Source of the DNA: Bacilli bacterium
Lineage (GTDB): Bacteria; Bacillota_I; Bacilli_A; RFN20; CAG-826
DNA length: 64,000 nt
Reading direction: 5' to 3'
NCBI GenBank assembly: GCA_045597865.1
Contig: JAZLKX010000040.1
Span: 1-64,000 of the forward strand
Shown here: piece after piece, positions 8,955 to 17,329 of the stretch
How the letters are laid out: every line of letters begins with the position of its first letter
Position numbering within the stretch: the first letter of the stretch is position 1
Translations under genes and position numbers: made by a program
Notes under the pieces: model-generated
The model's database searches: none
Seen by the model: the letters and a program-made list of their open reading frames with translations, nothing else
Told to the model about the DNA's origin: nothing

Positions 8955-9250
8955 ACATGCAACAAATGTTGATGCAAGCAAACAAAATGCAAAGAGAGCT
9001 ACAAAAAGCTTTAGATGCTTTGCATGAAAAAGATTTTACTGTTTCAAAAGGCGGCGCAGTCACTGTAGTTGTCAAAGGAAACAAAAAAGTCTCATCGATT
9101 TCAGTCGATAAAGACGCATTTGATCCAGACAACAAAGAGATGGTTGAAGAAATGATTGCTTTAGCAATTAATGAAGCAGTTGATCAAATCTCAGCAGAAG
9201 AAGCTGAAATTAATCAAAGAATTACAGGAAGATCTGGCGGTTTATTTTGA
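8951..9250 (+). CDS. ybaB: YbaB/EbfC nucleoid-associated protein
   Basis: MNMQQMLMQANKMQ, GGAVTVVVKG; between dnaX and recR. Confidence 0.93.
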   Translation: MNMQQMLMQANKMQRELQKALDALHEKDFTVSKGGAVTVVVKGNKKVSSISVDKDAFDPDNKEMVEEMIALAINEAVDQISAEEAEINQRITGRSGGLF

Positions 9251-9846
9251 TGAAAGAATTGAAAAGTATAACAAAGTTAACTGATTCATTCCAAAGACTT
9301 CCAGGAATTGGTCATAAGACAGCTGAAAAGATGGCTTACCAAGTCCTAGAGATGAACGATGACACTGTGGAATACTTTTCAAATGCCCTAAAAGAGGTAA
9401 AAGAGAAAATCCATCACTGTCCAATTTGCGGAGCCTACACAGAAAATGAAATTTGTGAAGTTTGTGCAGATGAAGGCAGAGACAAAACTAAAATTTTAGT
9501 GGTTTCATATCCTAAGGATGTGATTGCCTTTGAAAAGATTGGCTCATTTGATGGTGTTTACCGCGTTTTGGGAGGCGTTTTAAGCTCAGTTAATGGAATA
9601 GGCATTGATGATTTAAACATCGCTCCATTATTCAATAGAATAAAAGAGCAAAATGTTTCAGAAGTTATTATTGCAACTAATCCAAACACTGAAGGAGAAA
9701 CCACCGCTTTATATTTAGCGAAGATTCTTGAAAACACGGGAGTAAAAGTTACAAGAATTGCCTATGGATTGCCACTAGGTGGTCATCTAGAATATGCTGA
9801 TGCTCTTACTTTAAGTAAGGCACTTGAAGGTAGAAAGAAAATTTAG
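9250..9846 (+). CDS. recR: Recombination mediator RecR
   Basis: LPGIGHKTA, CPIC..CEVC, ATNPNTEGETTA, RIAYGLPLGG. Confidence 0.96.
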   Translation: MKELKSITKLTDSFQRLPGIGHKTAEKMAYQVLEMNDDTVEYFSNALKEVKEKIHHCPICGAYTENEICEVCADEGRDKTKILVVSYPKDVIAFEKIGSFDGVYRVLGGVLSSVNGIGIDDLNIAPLFNRIKEQNVSEVIIATNPNTEGETTALYLAKILENTGVKVTRIAYGLPLGGHLEYADALTLSKALEGRKKI

Positions 9847-9858
9847 AGGTACAAAACT

Positions 9859-10485
9859 ATGTTTGTTACTATTGAAGGAACTGAAGGAAGCGGAAAGTCT
9901 TCCGTTGTCGCAGAAGTCGTTAAACTTCTCGAAAAAGATGGCGAAGTTATTGTTAGAACACGCGAACCTGGCGGAACACCAATCGCAGAAGAAATTCGTA
10001 ACGTTATTTTAGATAAAAAGAACACAGCTATGGATTCTATGACTGAAGCTTTGCTTTATGCTGCTTCCCGTAGACAACACTTAGTTGAGAAAGTCTGGCC
10101 TTTATCAAAAGAAGGAAAGATTGTTATCTCTGATAGATTCTTAGACTCATCTTTAGCATATCAAGGCGGCGCTAGAGGTCTTGGAATTGATAAAGTTCTT
10201 GAACTTAATCAATATGCAACTGACGGTTTCTACCCAGATTTAACTTTATTATTTGACTTAGACCCAAGAATTGGTCTTGCTCGTATTGCAGCAAATAACA
10301 ATAGGGAAGTAAATCGATTAGATTTAGAAAAAATTGAGTTCCACGATCAAGTTAGACAAACTTTCTTGGACCTCGCAAAAAGATTTAGCGATAGATACGT
10401 TGTCTTAGATGCATCAAAACCTTTTGAAGAGGTTGTTCAAGATGCCTATAAGGCAATTAAAAATAAATTGGCAAAATGCAAATAG
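9859..10485 (+). CDS. tmk: Thymidylate kinase
   Basis: FVTIEGTEGSGKS, TREPGG, DRFLDSSLAYQG. Confidence 0.96.
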   Translation: MFVTIEGTEGSGKSSVVAEVVKLLEKDGEVIVRTREPGGTPIAEEIRNVILDKKNTAMDSMTEALLYAASRRQHLVEKVWPLSKEGKIVISDRFLDSSLAYQGGARGLGIDKVLELNQYATDGFYPDLTLLFDLDPRIGLARIAANNNREVNRLDLEKIEFHDQVRQTFLDLAKRFSDRYVVLDASKPFEEVVQDAYKAIKNKLAKCK

Positions 10486-11459
10486 AGAAATATTTAGAAG
10501 AATATCAACCAGTTATTTATAAAACTTTTTGTAATGCTTTAGAAAGCAAAAAGCTTTCTCATGCATATCTTTTAAGTGGTTCTATAGGAATGCCTCTTAA
10601 AGAGACTGCACTATATTTAGCCAAATCCCTCATCTGTGATAATCCGCATCCACTTGCATGTAACGAATGCATAACTTGTATGCGTGTGGATGAAGGAAAT
10701 TATGCCGACTTAATGATTTTTGATGGAGAAGCCGCAAAAATCAAAAAAGGCGACATTGAAAAAATTACCACGAGTTTTGATAAGACAGCATTAGAAGAAA
10801 AAGGGGTAATGATTTACATCCTTCATTTAGTTGAAACCATGACACCAATTGCAGTCAACTCATTACTTAAATTTTTGGAAGAACCAGGAAAAAATATTTT
10901 CGCGTTCCTAACCACCGAAAATGAATCTAAAATTTTACCTACAATTATTTCTAGAACTCAGGTACTAAGATTCAGAGAAATTGATCGCTCAAAAATTATA
11001 AAAGATGCGGTTTTTTCAGGGGTTTTTGAAGAAGATGCTGAGATTTTGAGTGGTTTTTACAATGATGCCGACACAATAAAAAGGGTATCAGAAAGTAAAG
11101 AATATGAGGTTGCAAAACAAGCTCTAAATGACCAGCTTCAAAGCTTACTTATTGGCCCAGATGATGCTGTATTTTCTTGCCAAAAATTAATTGTTCCAGC
11201 ACTCAAACAACAAGAACCTGCAAGACTTTATATAAAAATGCTTACTGAAGTTTTTAAAGATTTGCTTAATTTATCAGTAAATGAAAGCATAACATTAAAA
11301 AGTTATGATAATATATTACAGGAGCTCTTAAATCATGTGACTCACATTGACAAAACGTTAATTATGTTAATGTCTTCACTTAAAAAGCTCGATTTAAATG
11401 TGAACATTGGTCTACTTTTAGACCATATAGTATATGAAATTACTAGGGAGGGAAAATAA
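10476..11459 (+). CDS. holB: DNA polymerase III subunit delta'
   Basis: LSHAYLL, C..CNECITC, NSLLKFLEEP, ILPTIISR; follows tmk. Confidence 0.92.
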   Translation: MQIEKYLEEYQPVIYKTFCNALESKKLSHAYLLSGSIGMPLKETALYLAKSLICDNPHPLACNECITCMRVDEGNYADLMIFDGEAAKIKKGDIEKITTSFDKTALEEKGVMIYILHLVETMTPIAVNSLLKFLEEPGKNIFAFLTTENESKILPTIISRTQVLRFREIDRSKIIKDAVFSGVFEEDAEILSGFYNDADTIKRVSESKEYEVAKQALNDQLQSLLIGPDDAVFSCQKLIVPALKQQEPARLYIKMLTEVFKDLLNLSVNESITLKSYDNILQELLNHVTHIDKTLIMLMSSLKKLDLNVNIGLLLDHIVYEITREGK

Positions 11460-12283
11460 TGGGAATTACACATTATGTCGGTATTAAATTTTCCAACTCC
11501 GGAAAGGCTTATTTCTTCGGAACTGAAATTCCAAATTTAAAAATAGGCCAAAAGGTTGTTGCCGAATCCATTAGAGGTATGCAAGTTGGCGAAGTTGCTA
11601 CTGAAGTTTTTGATATATCAAAGTACAAATCTGATTTAGAGTTAAAACCAATGCTCAGAGTTGCTACAGAAGATGATTTAATTCTTCACGACGAAAATGT
11701 TAAAAGAGCCAAAGCAGCAATAATTACTGCAAACAAAGAAATTGCTACTTTAGGATTAGAAATGAGACCAATTGACGCTGAATACTCACTCGACGGATCA
11801 AAAATTACAATCACATATGTTGCTGATGAAAGAGTTGACTTTAGAGAGTTATTAAAAGTTCTTGCTTCTAAATTCCATTGTCGTATCGAATTGCGCCAAG
11901 TTGGATCAAGAGATAAAGCCAAAATAGTTGGTGGTTTAGGAATGTGTGGTTTAGAGCTTTGCTGTAAGCAATTCCTTAATCAAATGGAAGGAATTTCTAT
12001 TAATTTAGCAAAAAATCAAATGCTCTCACTTAATATTCCAAAACTAAGTGGTCACTGCGGAAAACTTATTTGCTGTCTAGCATATGAAGACGATGCTTAC
12101 ACAGATCTTAAAAAGGATTTTCCACCACTCGGAACATTATATGAAAGAGATGATGGCAAAATTTGGAAAGTTACATCTTACAACGTTTTTTCAAAACACG
12201 TAAAAATGGTCTGTGAAAATGACTTTGAGTTCGTTCCACTTGATGTTGCTAAAAATATGAAGAGGGTTCGTAGAGACAAATGA
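11459..12283 (+). CDS. ricT: RicT/YaaT (PSP1 domain) protein
   Basis: ERVDFRELLK, RIELRQVGSRD, CGLELCC, SGHCGKLICCLAYE. Confidence 0.92.
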   Translation: MGITHYVGIKFSNSGKAYFFGTEIPNLKIGQKVVAESIRGMQVGEVATEVFDISKYKSDLELKPMLRVATEDDLILHDENVKRAKAAIITANKEIATLGLEMRPIDAEYSLDGSKITITYVADERVDFRELLKVLASKFHCRIELRQVGSRDKAKIVGGLGMCGLELCCKQFLNQMEGISINLAKNQMLSLNIPKLSGHCGKLICCLAYEDDAYTDLKKDFPPLGTLYERDDGKIWKVTSYNVFSKHVKMVCENDFEFVPLDVAKNMKRVRRDK

Positions 12284-13128
12284 GATCACTAAACTTTGAT
12301 TCAAACAAACCGTTGCTTTATCTTGTGTCCACTCCAATCGGAAACATGCAAGAAGTTTCCCCTCGTACTTTAGAGGTTCTTTCTAGTGTGGATTTAATAG
12401 CTTGCGAAGATACTAGAGTAACTGGAAAACTCCTACAAATCCTAGGTATTTCCAAGAATTTAGTGTCAATTCGCGAGCATAATGAAGTTTCGATGTCACA
12501 AGAAATTGTTAAGAAAATTTTGTCAGGAATAAAGGTTGCATACATGTCTGATGCTGGTTATCCATGCATATCAGATCCAGGTGCTAAACTCGTAAAGATT
12601 TGTCTTGAAAATGAAATTAATGTTACAACAATTTCTGGTCCAAACGCAGCATTAAATGCACTTTGCGCATCGGGCCTTTGTGAAAATCATTTTTACTTTC
12701 ATGGATTTTTGTCTGCAAAAGAATCTGAGAGACTCGAAGAACTCAGAAATTTGATCCCGAGAAAAGAAACTTTAATTTTCTACGAGGCTCCGCACCGAAT
12801 TATGAAGACTTTAGAGTCACTTTTTGAGATTTTTGGTAATCGAAGAGCTTGTATCGCAAGAGAATTAACTAAAAAACATGAAGAGTTTATTAGAATGACT
12901 CTTGAAGAGATGCAAAAACTTGATCCGGAAACACTTAAAGGCGAGATGGTTATTGTTGTTGAGGGTTCAAGCGGCGATGAACAACCAATGCTTGGTGACA
13001 ACGACATTGTGAACATGGTAAAAACCTTTGTTGAATCTGGCATGACAACAAAAGATGCGATTAAAAAAGTTTCTGAAATGACTCAAATAAATAAGAACTA
13101 TATTTACAAATTAGTACACCTAAATTAA
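12280..13128 (+). CDS. rsmI: 16S rRNA C1402 2'-O-methyltransferase
   Basis: LYLVSTPIGN, ACEDTR, SDAGYPCISDPG, ARELTKKHEE. Confidence 0.96.
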   Translation: MRSLNFDSNKPLLYLVSTPIGNMQEVSPRTLEVLSSVDLIACEDTRVTGKLLQILGISKNLVSIREHNEVSMSQEIVKKILSGIKVAYMSDAGYPCISDPGAKLVKICLENEINVTTISGPNAALNALCASGLCENHFYFHGFLSAKESERLEELRNLIPRKETLIFYEAPHRIMKTLESLFEIFGNRRACIARELTKKHEEFIRMTLEEMQKLDPETLKGEMVIVVEGSSGDEQPMLGDNDIVNMVKTFVESGMTTKDAIKKVSEMTQINKNYIYKLVHLN

Positions 13129-13133
13129 ACATC

Positions 13134-13183
13134 AAAAAAACACGGTTTTCCCGCAATATCTCCAGGAATTTCCGTGTTTTTTT
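13134..13183. terminator. Bidirectional terminator between rsmI and the P-II genes, with an unusually large loop
   Basis: AAAAAAACACGG...CCGTGTTTTTTT arms around a 26-nt loop. Confidence 0.6.
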
Positions 13184-13184
13184 A

Positions 13185-13508
13185 TTATTTTTCTTCAATA
13201 GGTAGAGCTGAAACAAAGTCGTTGATTGGTAATGTGAAAACAATACCTTGACCTTTAGTATTTAATCCTGCATCCTTGTAGATTGCAGAAATAATATTGT
13301 CCTTAAGTTCACTGTAGCAAACAATAAAGACAACTTCTTTTTCTGGTGAAACTTTAATTCCAAAGAATTTTTCTGCATCACTGTTTGAAGTTCCTCTGGC
13401 GTGGAAAATGGTTCCGCCCCTTGCCCCTTCGTTTTTAGCTGCTTGCATAACTAGGTCTGAGTAACCATTGTTGATAATGCAAACAATAAGTTCTTTTTGA
13501 TCGCTCAT
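13185..13508 (-). CDS. P-II family regulator (DUF1538-associated)
   Basis: LIVCIINNG, GARGGTIFHARGT, PEKE, GQGIVFTLP. Confidence 0.88.
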   Translation of the reverse strand: MSDQKELIVCIINNGYSDLVMQAAKNEGARGGTIFHARGTSNSDAEKFFGIKVSPEKEVVFIVCYSELKDNIISAIYKDAGLNTKGQGIVFTLPINDFVSALPIEEK

Positions 13509-13509
13509 A

Positions 13510-13935
13510 CTACTTACCTGAAACCTTTCTTGTGTTTGATAAAAATTTATAAATTGAAACACCCATAACTGAGGTTAATTTAACTGAGAACGAGATTCCG
13601 TTTGATGCTTTAGAAACTGAGAATCTTTCTTTTAATACCTTTTTAACAACCTCTGTCATATCTTCTCTCACAAACGAGAAAACGATTTGTTTTTTGTTGT
13701 CATTTACAAGATTTGGAATGAATTTTGCGCCAGTTCCCTCGCCTTGAGTAATTACATTGTAATTAACACCAACATTTTCTAAGATTTTGACTATACCCGA
13801 AGCTTGTCCTAGAGGAACAATGCTGATAAATAATTTTAAACCTAAAAGATTGTTGGTTTCTTCGTATGGAACGAATCTGCCACTAGTATTTCTTACTAGT
13901 TTCTTTTGTTCTGGTTTTTTCTTTAAAAACGCCAT
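13510..13935 (-). CDS. Divergent P-II-like protein with N-terminal extension
   Basis: LKLFISIV, GEGTG, NGISFSVKLTSVMG resemble a P-II-like fold; lies in the DUF1538 operon. Confidence 0.7.
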   Translation of the reverse strand: MAFLKKKPEQKKLVRNTSGRFVPYEETNNLLGLKLFISIVPLGQASGIVKILENVGVNYNVITQGEGTGAKFIPNLVNDNKKQIVFSFVREDMTEVVKKVLKERFSVSKASNGISFSVKLTSVMGVSIYKFLSNTRKVSGK

Positions 13936-13947
13936 GGTTCCTCCTTC

Positions 13948-15474
13948 CTAGAAATGAATGATTTGATCATCGTATGCGTCCGCAATACGCTTACGAGCAA
14001 CACTCATTCTGTATTTTTCTTTAACAGTACCTGTTAAGCCAAGTAACTGAATCATAATCAAAGGCATTAATGCAACAATTGCTATTGTGCCAAAAGCATC
14101 AGACATAATTCTTGTGGATGCTTCAGCGCCAGCAAAAACATAACAAGCGCCAATTGCAAATGGTTGGATAAATGTTGAGTTCATTGGACCAGAAACAACG
14201 CCGCCTGAATCGAAAGCGATTGCTGTATAAATTGGTTTAACAAAGAATGAAAGTAAGAACGCTAAGAAATAGCCTGGAACTACAACGTAGAAGAGACTAA
14301 ATCTCATAAATGTTCTAAGCATTGCGATACCAATTGCTATACCGTTACCTATGGCAATAGTAATCAAAACCGCGTTCTTTTTAACAGTTCCGTTAGAAAC
14401 TGTTTCTATTTGATTTGTTAAAACGTGGACAGCTGGTTCTGCAAAGACTGCAACAACACCTAGTGTTGCGCCAACAATAATAAGTATTAATTTATTACCA
14501 CTTTGAGCTATTTGTTGACCAATAATTTTGCCTATTGGCAAGAATCCTGCATCAACAGCACTTAAGAAGATAACTAAACCAACATAAACAAGCACAACAC
14601 CAATAAATAATGAAAGTAATTTTCTTGCAGATAATCTAATAAAGATGAGTTCGTAAATAAGGAACATTACAACAATTGGAACAATTGACATTGCAACCTT
14701 CACTAATGTTCCGTTTTCGCCAATTAAAGCGTGAATAAATGGTGATATGACATTGTCTGGATTAACTGGTTCAACATATGAATAGATGAGTTGTTGGTTC
14801 TTTAAGAAAATTGAAAGAATCAAAACAACTAAAATAGGGCCAATAGATGAGAAAGCAACTAAGCCGAACGAATCGGCGTCTGTTTTCTTACCAGAACGTG
14901 ATGTAGCAAGACCAATACCAATACTTAAAATAAATGGCACCGTCATTGGTCCAGTTGTTACACCACCACTATCTAATGATAGTGGAACATAAGAATAATC
15001 AACCAAACAGCATAAAGCGAACATCAGTCCGTAAAATGCTAATATCCATAAAGTTAATGATTTTTCAAATAAGATTCTGATTGCACCAATAACTAAGAAA
15101 ATACCAACTCCAACGCCGATAGAAACAGTTAAAATCGTGCTATCAATAGGAACTTGATCAGCAAGAACAGATAAGTCTGGTTCTGCCATTGTTATTAAAG
15201 CACCAAACAAGAAGAAAATGATGACGAGCATCAACATACTTCTCTTTTTAGTGATGGAGGATCCAATAAGTTCGCCCATTTGAGACATAGATGATTCTGA
15301 ACCCATGTTAAAGAGCCACATACCAATAATAACCAAAACAACACTAATGGCGAAAACCCAGAGTTGATTTGGTTCAAAAAGTGTAACTTTTGTGATGTAT
15401 AAAACTAAAACAACTACCAAAACAGGTAAAGTTGATAGTAATGAATCTTTTAGTTTTAATAACGACTGTCTCAT
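13948..15474 (-). CDS. DUF1538 family membrane protein (two domains)
   Basis: Two repeats: AEPDL/AEPAV, DSGGVTTGPMTVPF/DSGGVVSGPM, DSFG/DAFG. Confidence 0.9.
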   Translation of the reverse strand: MRQSLLKLKDSLLSTLPVLVVVLVLYITKVTLFEPNQLWVFAISVVLVIIGMWLFNMGSESSMSQMGELIGSSITKKRSMLMLVIIFFLFGALITMAEPDLSVLADQVPIDSTILTVSIGVGVGIFLVIGAIRILFEKSLTLWILAFYGLMFALCCLVDYSYVPLSLDSGGVTTGPMTVPFILSIGIGLATSRSGKKTDADSFGLVAFSSIGPILVVLILSIFLKNQQLIYSYVEPVNPDNVISPFIHALIGENGTLVKVAMSIVPIVVMFLIYELIFIRLSARKLLSLFIGVVLVYVGLVIFLSAVDAGFLPIGKIIGQQIAQSGNKLILIIVGATLGVVAVFAEPAVHVLTNQIETVSNGTVKKNAVLITIAIGNGIAIGIAMLRTFMRFSLFYVVVPGYFLAFLLSFFVKPIYTAIAFDSGGVVSGPMNSTFIQPFAIGACYVFAGAEASTRIMSDAFGTIAIVALMPLIMIQLLGLTGTVKEKYRMSVARKRIADAYDDQIIHF

Positions 15475-15498
15475 TGCCTTATTATTATAAGCATAAAT

Positions 15499-15530
15499 AA
15501 AAAGTGCTCGCAATAACGAACGCACTTTTT
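15499..15530 (-). terminator. Putative terminator after the rluA-family gene
   Basis: AAAAGTGC-TCG...CGA-AC-GCACTTTT imperfect hairpin with U-run on the minus strand. Confidence 0.45.
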
Positions 15531-15549
15531 AAACTAAAACTAATAGATA

Positions 15550-16467
15550 TTAATGGAACAAATTTTCAAATTCGGTTGGCATTTTAGATACAAACTCATA
15601 AATTTTCTTTGTTATCGGATGAACAAATTTTAATTTGTAAGCATGCAAACCTAAACGTTTAATTGGATCTGCTGGTTCTCCGTACTTATCATCGCCAATT
15701 ACATGATGACCTCTATGCCCTAGTTGAACACGAATTTGGTTTTTTCTTCCTGTGTCAATCTTCACATCCAATAACGAGTAAAGTTTATTTGATTTCAATA
15801 CTTTGTATTGAGTAATGCATTTTTTACCATGTACTTTATCATTTGAAACATACATTAAATTAAGTGCATTTTCTTTGAGATAATCAACGTATTTATCTTC
15901 TGGTTTTTCCATCGTTCCTTCAACGACAGCATAGTAGCCTCTTTCAAGAACAATTTCGCTCCAATCTTTTTGAAGTATATCTTTTATTTTTGGGTTCTTA
16001 GCAAACATCAAAACACCAGATGTATCTTCGTCCAAACGATGTACCACAAATACACGATTGTGTTTGTCTTTTTGTTGAACATAATCATTTACCATACGAT
16101 AGGCAGTTCTACCTTTTTCGTTATCGCTTGGTACGGTCAATAATCCACTTGGTTTGTCAATTACAATAAACTCTTCATTTTCAAAAATAATCGGTAAATC
16201 ACGGCGATTTTTGCGTGAAATCCGCTGTTTTGAGACAATTACAACATCGTCTTTAGATAGCTTTAAATTGTACTGAGAAACAGGTGCACCATTAACTCCG
16301 ACATAGTGTCCAGAGAGAATTGATTTAACTGCATTTCTAGATAAGTTAGGAAATTTTTCAAACAAAAAAGAGAGGAGTTCGCACTCTTCTTTAACCTTGA
16401 ATTCTTTAATCGAATTTGGGTTAACTTTTCCTTTGTGGATTTCTCTCTTTTTATCGTTCTTATTCAT
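15550..16467 (-). CDS. RluA/RluD family pseudouridine synthase
   Basis: DKPSGL, VHRLDEDTSG, TGRKNQIRV, GDDKYG, LHA. Confidence 0.94.
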   Translation of the reverse strand: MNKNDKKREIHKGKVNPNSIKEFKVKEECELLSFLFEKFPNLSRNAVKSILSGHYVGVNGAPVSQYNLKLSKDDVVIVSKQRISRKNRRDLPIIFENEEFIVIDKPSGLLTVPSDNEKGRTAYRMVNDYVQQKDKHNRVFVVHRLDEDTSGVLMFAKNPKIKDILQKDWSEIVLERGYYAVVEGTMEKPEDKYVDYLKENALNLMYVSNDKVHGKKCITQYKVLKSNKLYSLLDVKIDTGRKNQIRVQLGHRGHHVIGDDKYGEPADPIKRLGLHAYKLKFVHPITKKIYEFVSKMPTEFENLFH

Positions 16468-17329
16468 CTAAATTTTTTGAGTAACCAACTAATTCTTTGT
16501 AGCATTCAGGTCTACGATCTCTGAATACGCCCCAAGAAACTCTTTCTTTATCAATTGATTCAAGATCGAATTCGTGGATCTTAAATCCTTCTTCTTTTCT
16601 GTCCATTTCTTCAACAACATTTCCGTATTGGTCTGCAATAAATGAAAATCCTTGGAATGTCATTGATGATTTTCCTGCTGTCTCAATTCCAACTCTGTTG
16701 GATGCACAGACAGGAATAATATTTGCGGCTGCGTGACCGCACATAGTGTTGCGCCAGTGTGGCATAGAATCACGAACTAAAACTGGTTCAGAACCAATTG
16801 CAGTTGGATAAAGTAAAATTTCTGCATCTTTGAGTGCTAAAATTCTGGCTGTTTCAGGGAACCATTGATCCCAACAAATTCCAACACCTACACGACCAAA
16901 TTTTGTATTGAAAACTTTAAATCCTGTGTCTCCTGGTGAGAAATAGAATTTTTCTTCGTAGCATTCACCTGTTGGAATGTGTGTTTTACGATACATTCCC
17001 AAATCTTTGCCGTCAGCATCAATCATAACAAGTGAGTTAAAGTAGTTTGCTCCAGACTTTTCAAAGAAAGAAATTGGGAGAACAACGTTATATTTTTTAG
17101 CAACTTTTTTGAAGTGCTCAACAAGGTTTGATTTTTCTCTTTTTTCAGCTAAAGCAAACTTGTCATAATCTTCGACTTGGCAAAAATAAAGATTAGAAAA
17201 AAGTTCTTGCAAAAGTATGATATTTGCACCAGCTTTTGCACAATTTTCCACCATTTTCTCGGCTTTTTTGATGTTTTCCTCGTAGTTTGAGGAACAGCTC
17301 ATTTGAGTAATTGCAACTTTAATTTTCAT
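16460..17329 (-). CDS. aguB: N-carbamoylputrescine amidase
   Basis: Nitrilase triad LLQELF, YRKTHIP..YEEKFYFSPGD, GICWDQWFPE; PTAIGSEP; adjacent to agmatine deiminase. Confidence 0.94.
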   Translation of the reverse strand: MKIKVAITQMSCSSNYEENIKKAEKMVENCAKAGANIILLQELFSNLYFCQVEDYDKFALAEKREKSNLVEHFKKVAKKYNVVLPISFFEKSGANYFNSLVMIDADGKDLGMYRKTHIPTGECYEEKFYFSPGDTGFKVFNTKFGRVGVGICWDQWFPETARILALKDAEILLYPTAIGSEPVLVRDSMPHWRNTMCGHAAANIIPVCASNRVGIETAGKSSMTFQGFSFIADQYGNVVEEMDRKEEGFKIHEFDLESIDKERVSWGVFRDRRPECYKELVGYSKNLDE

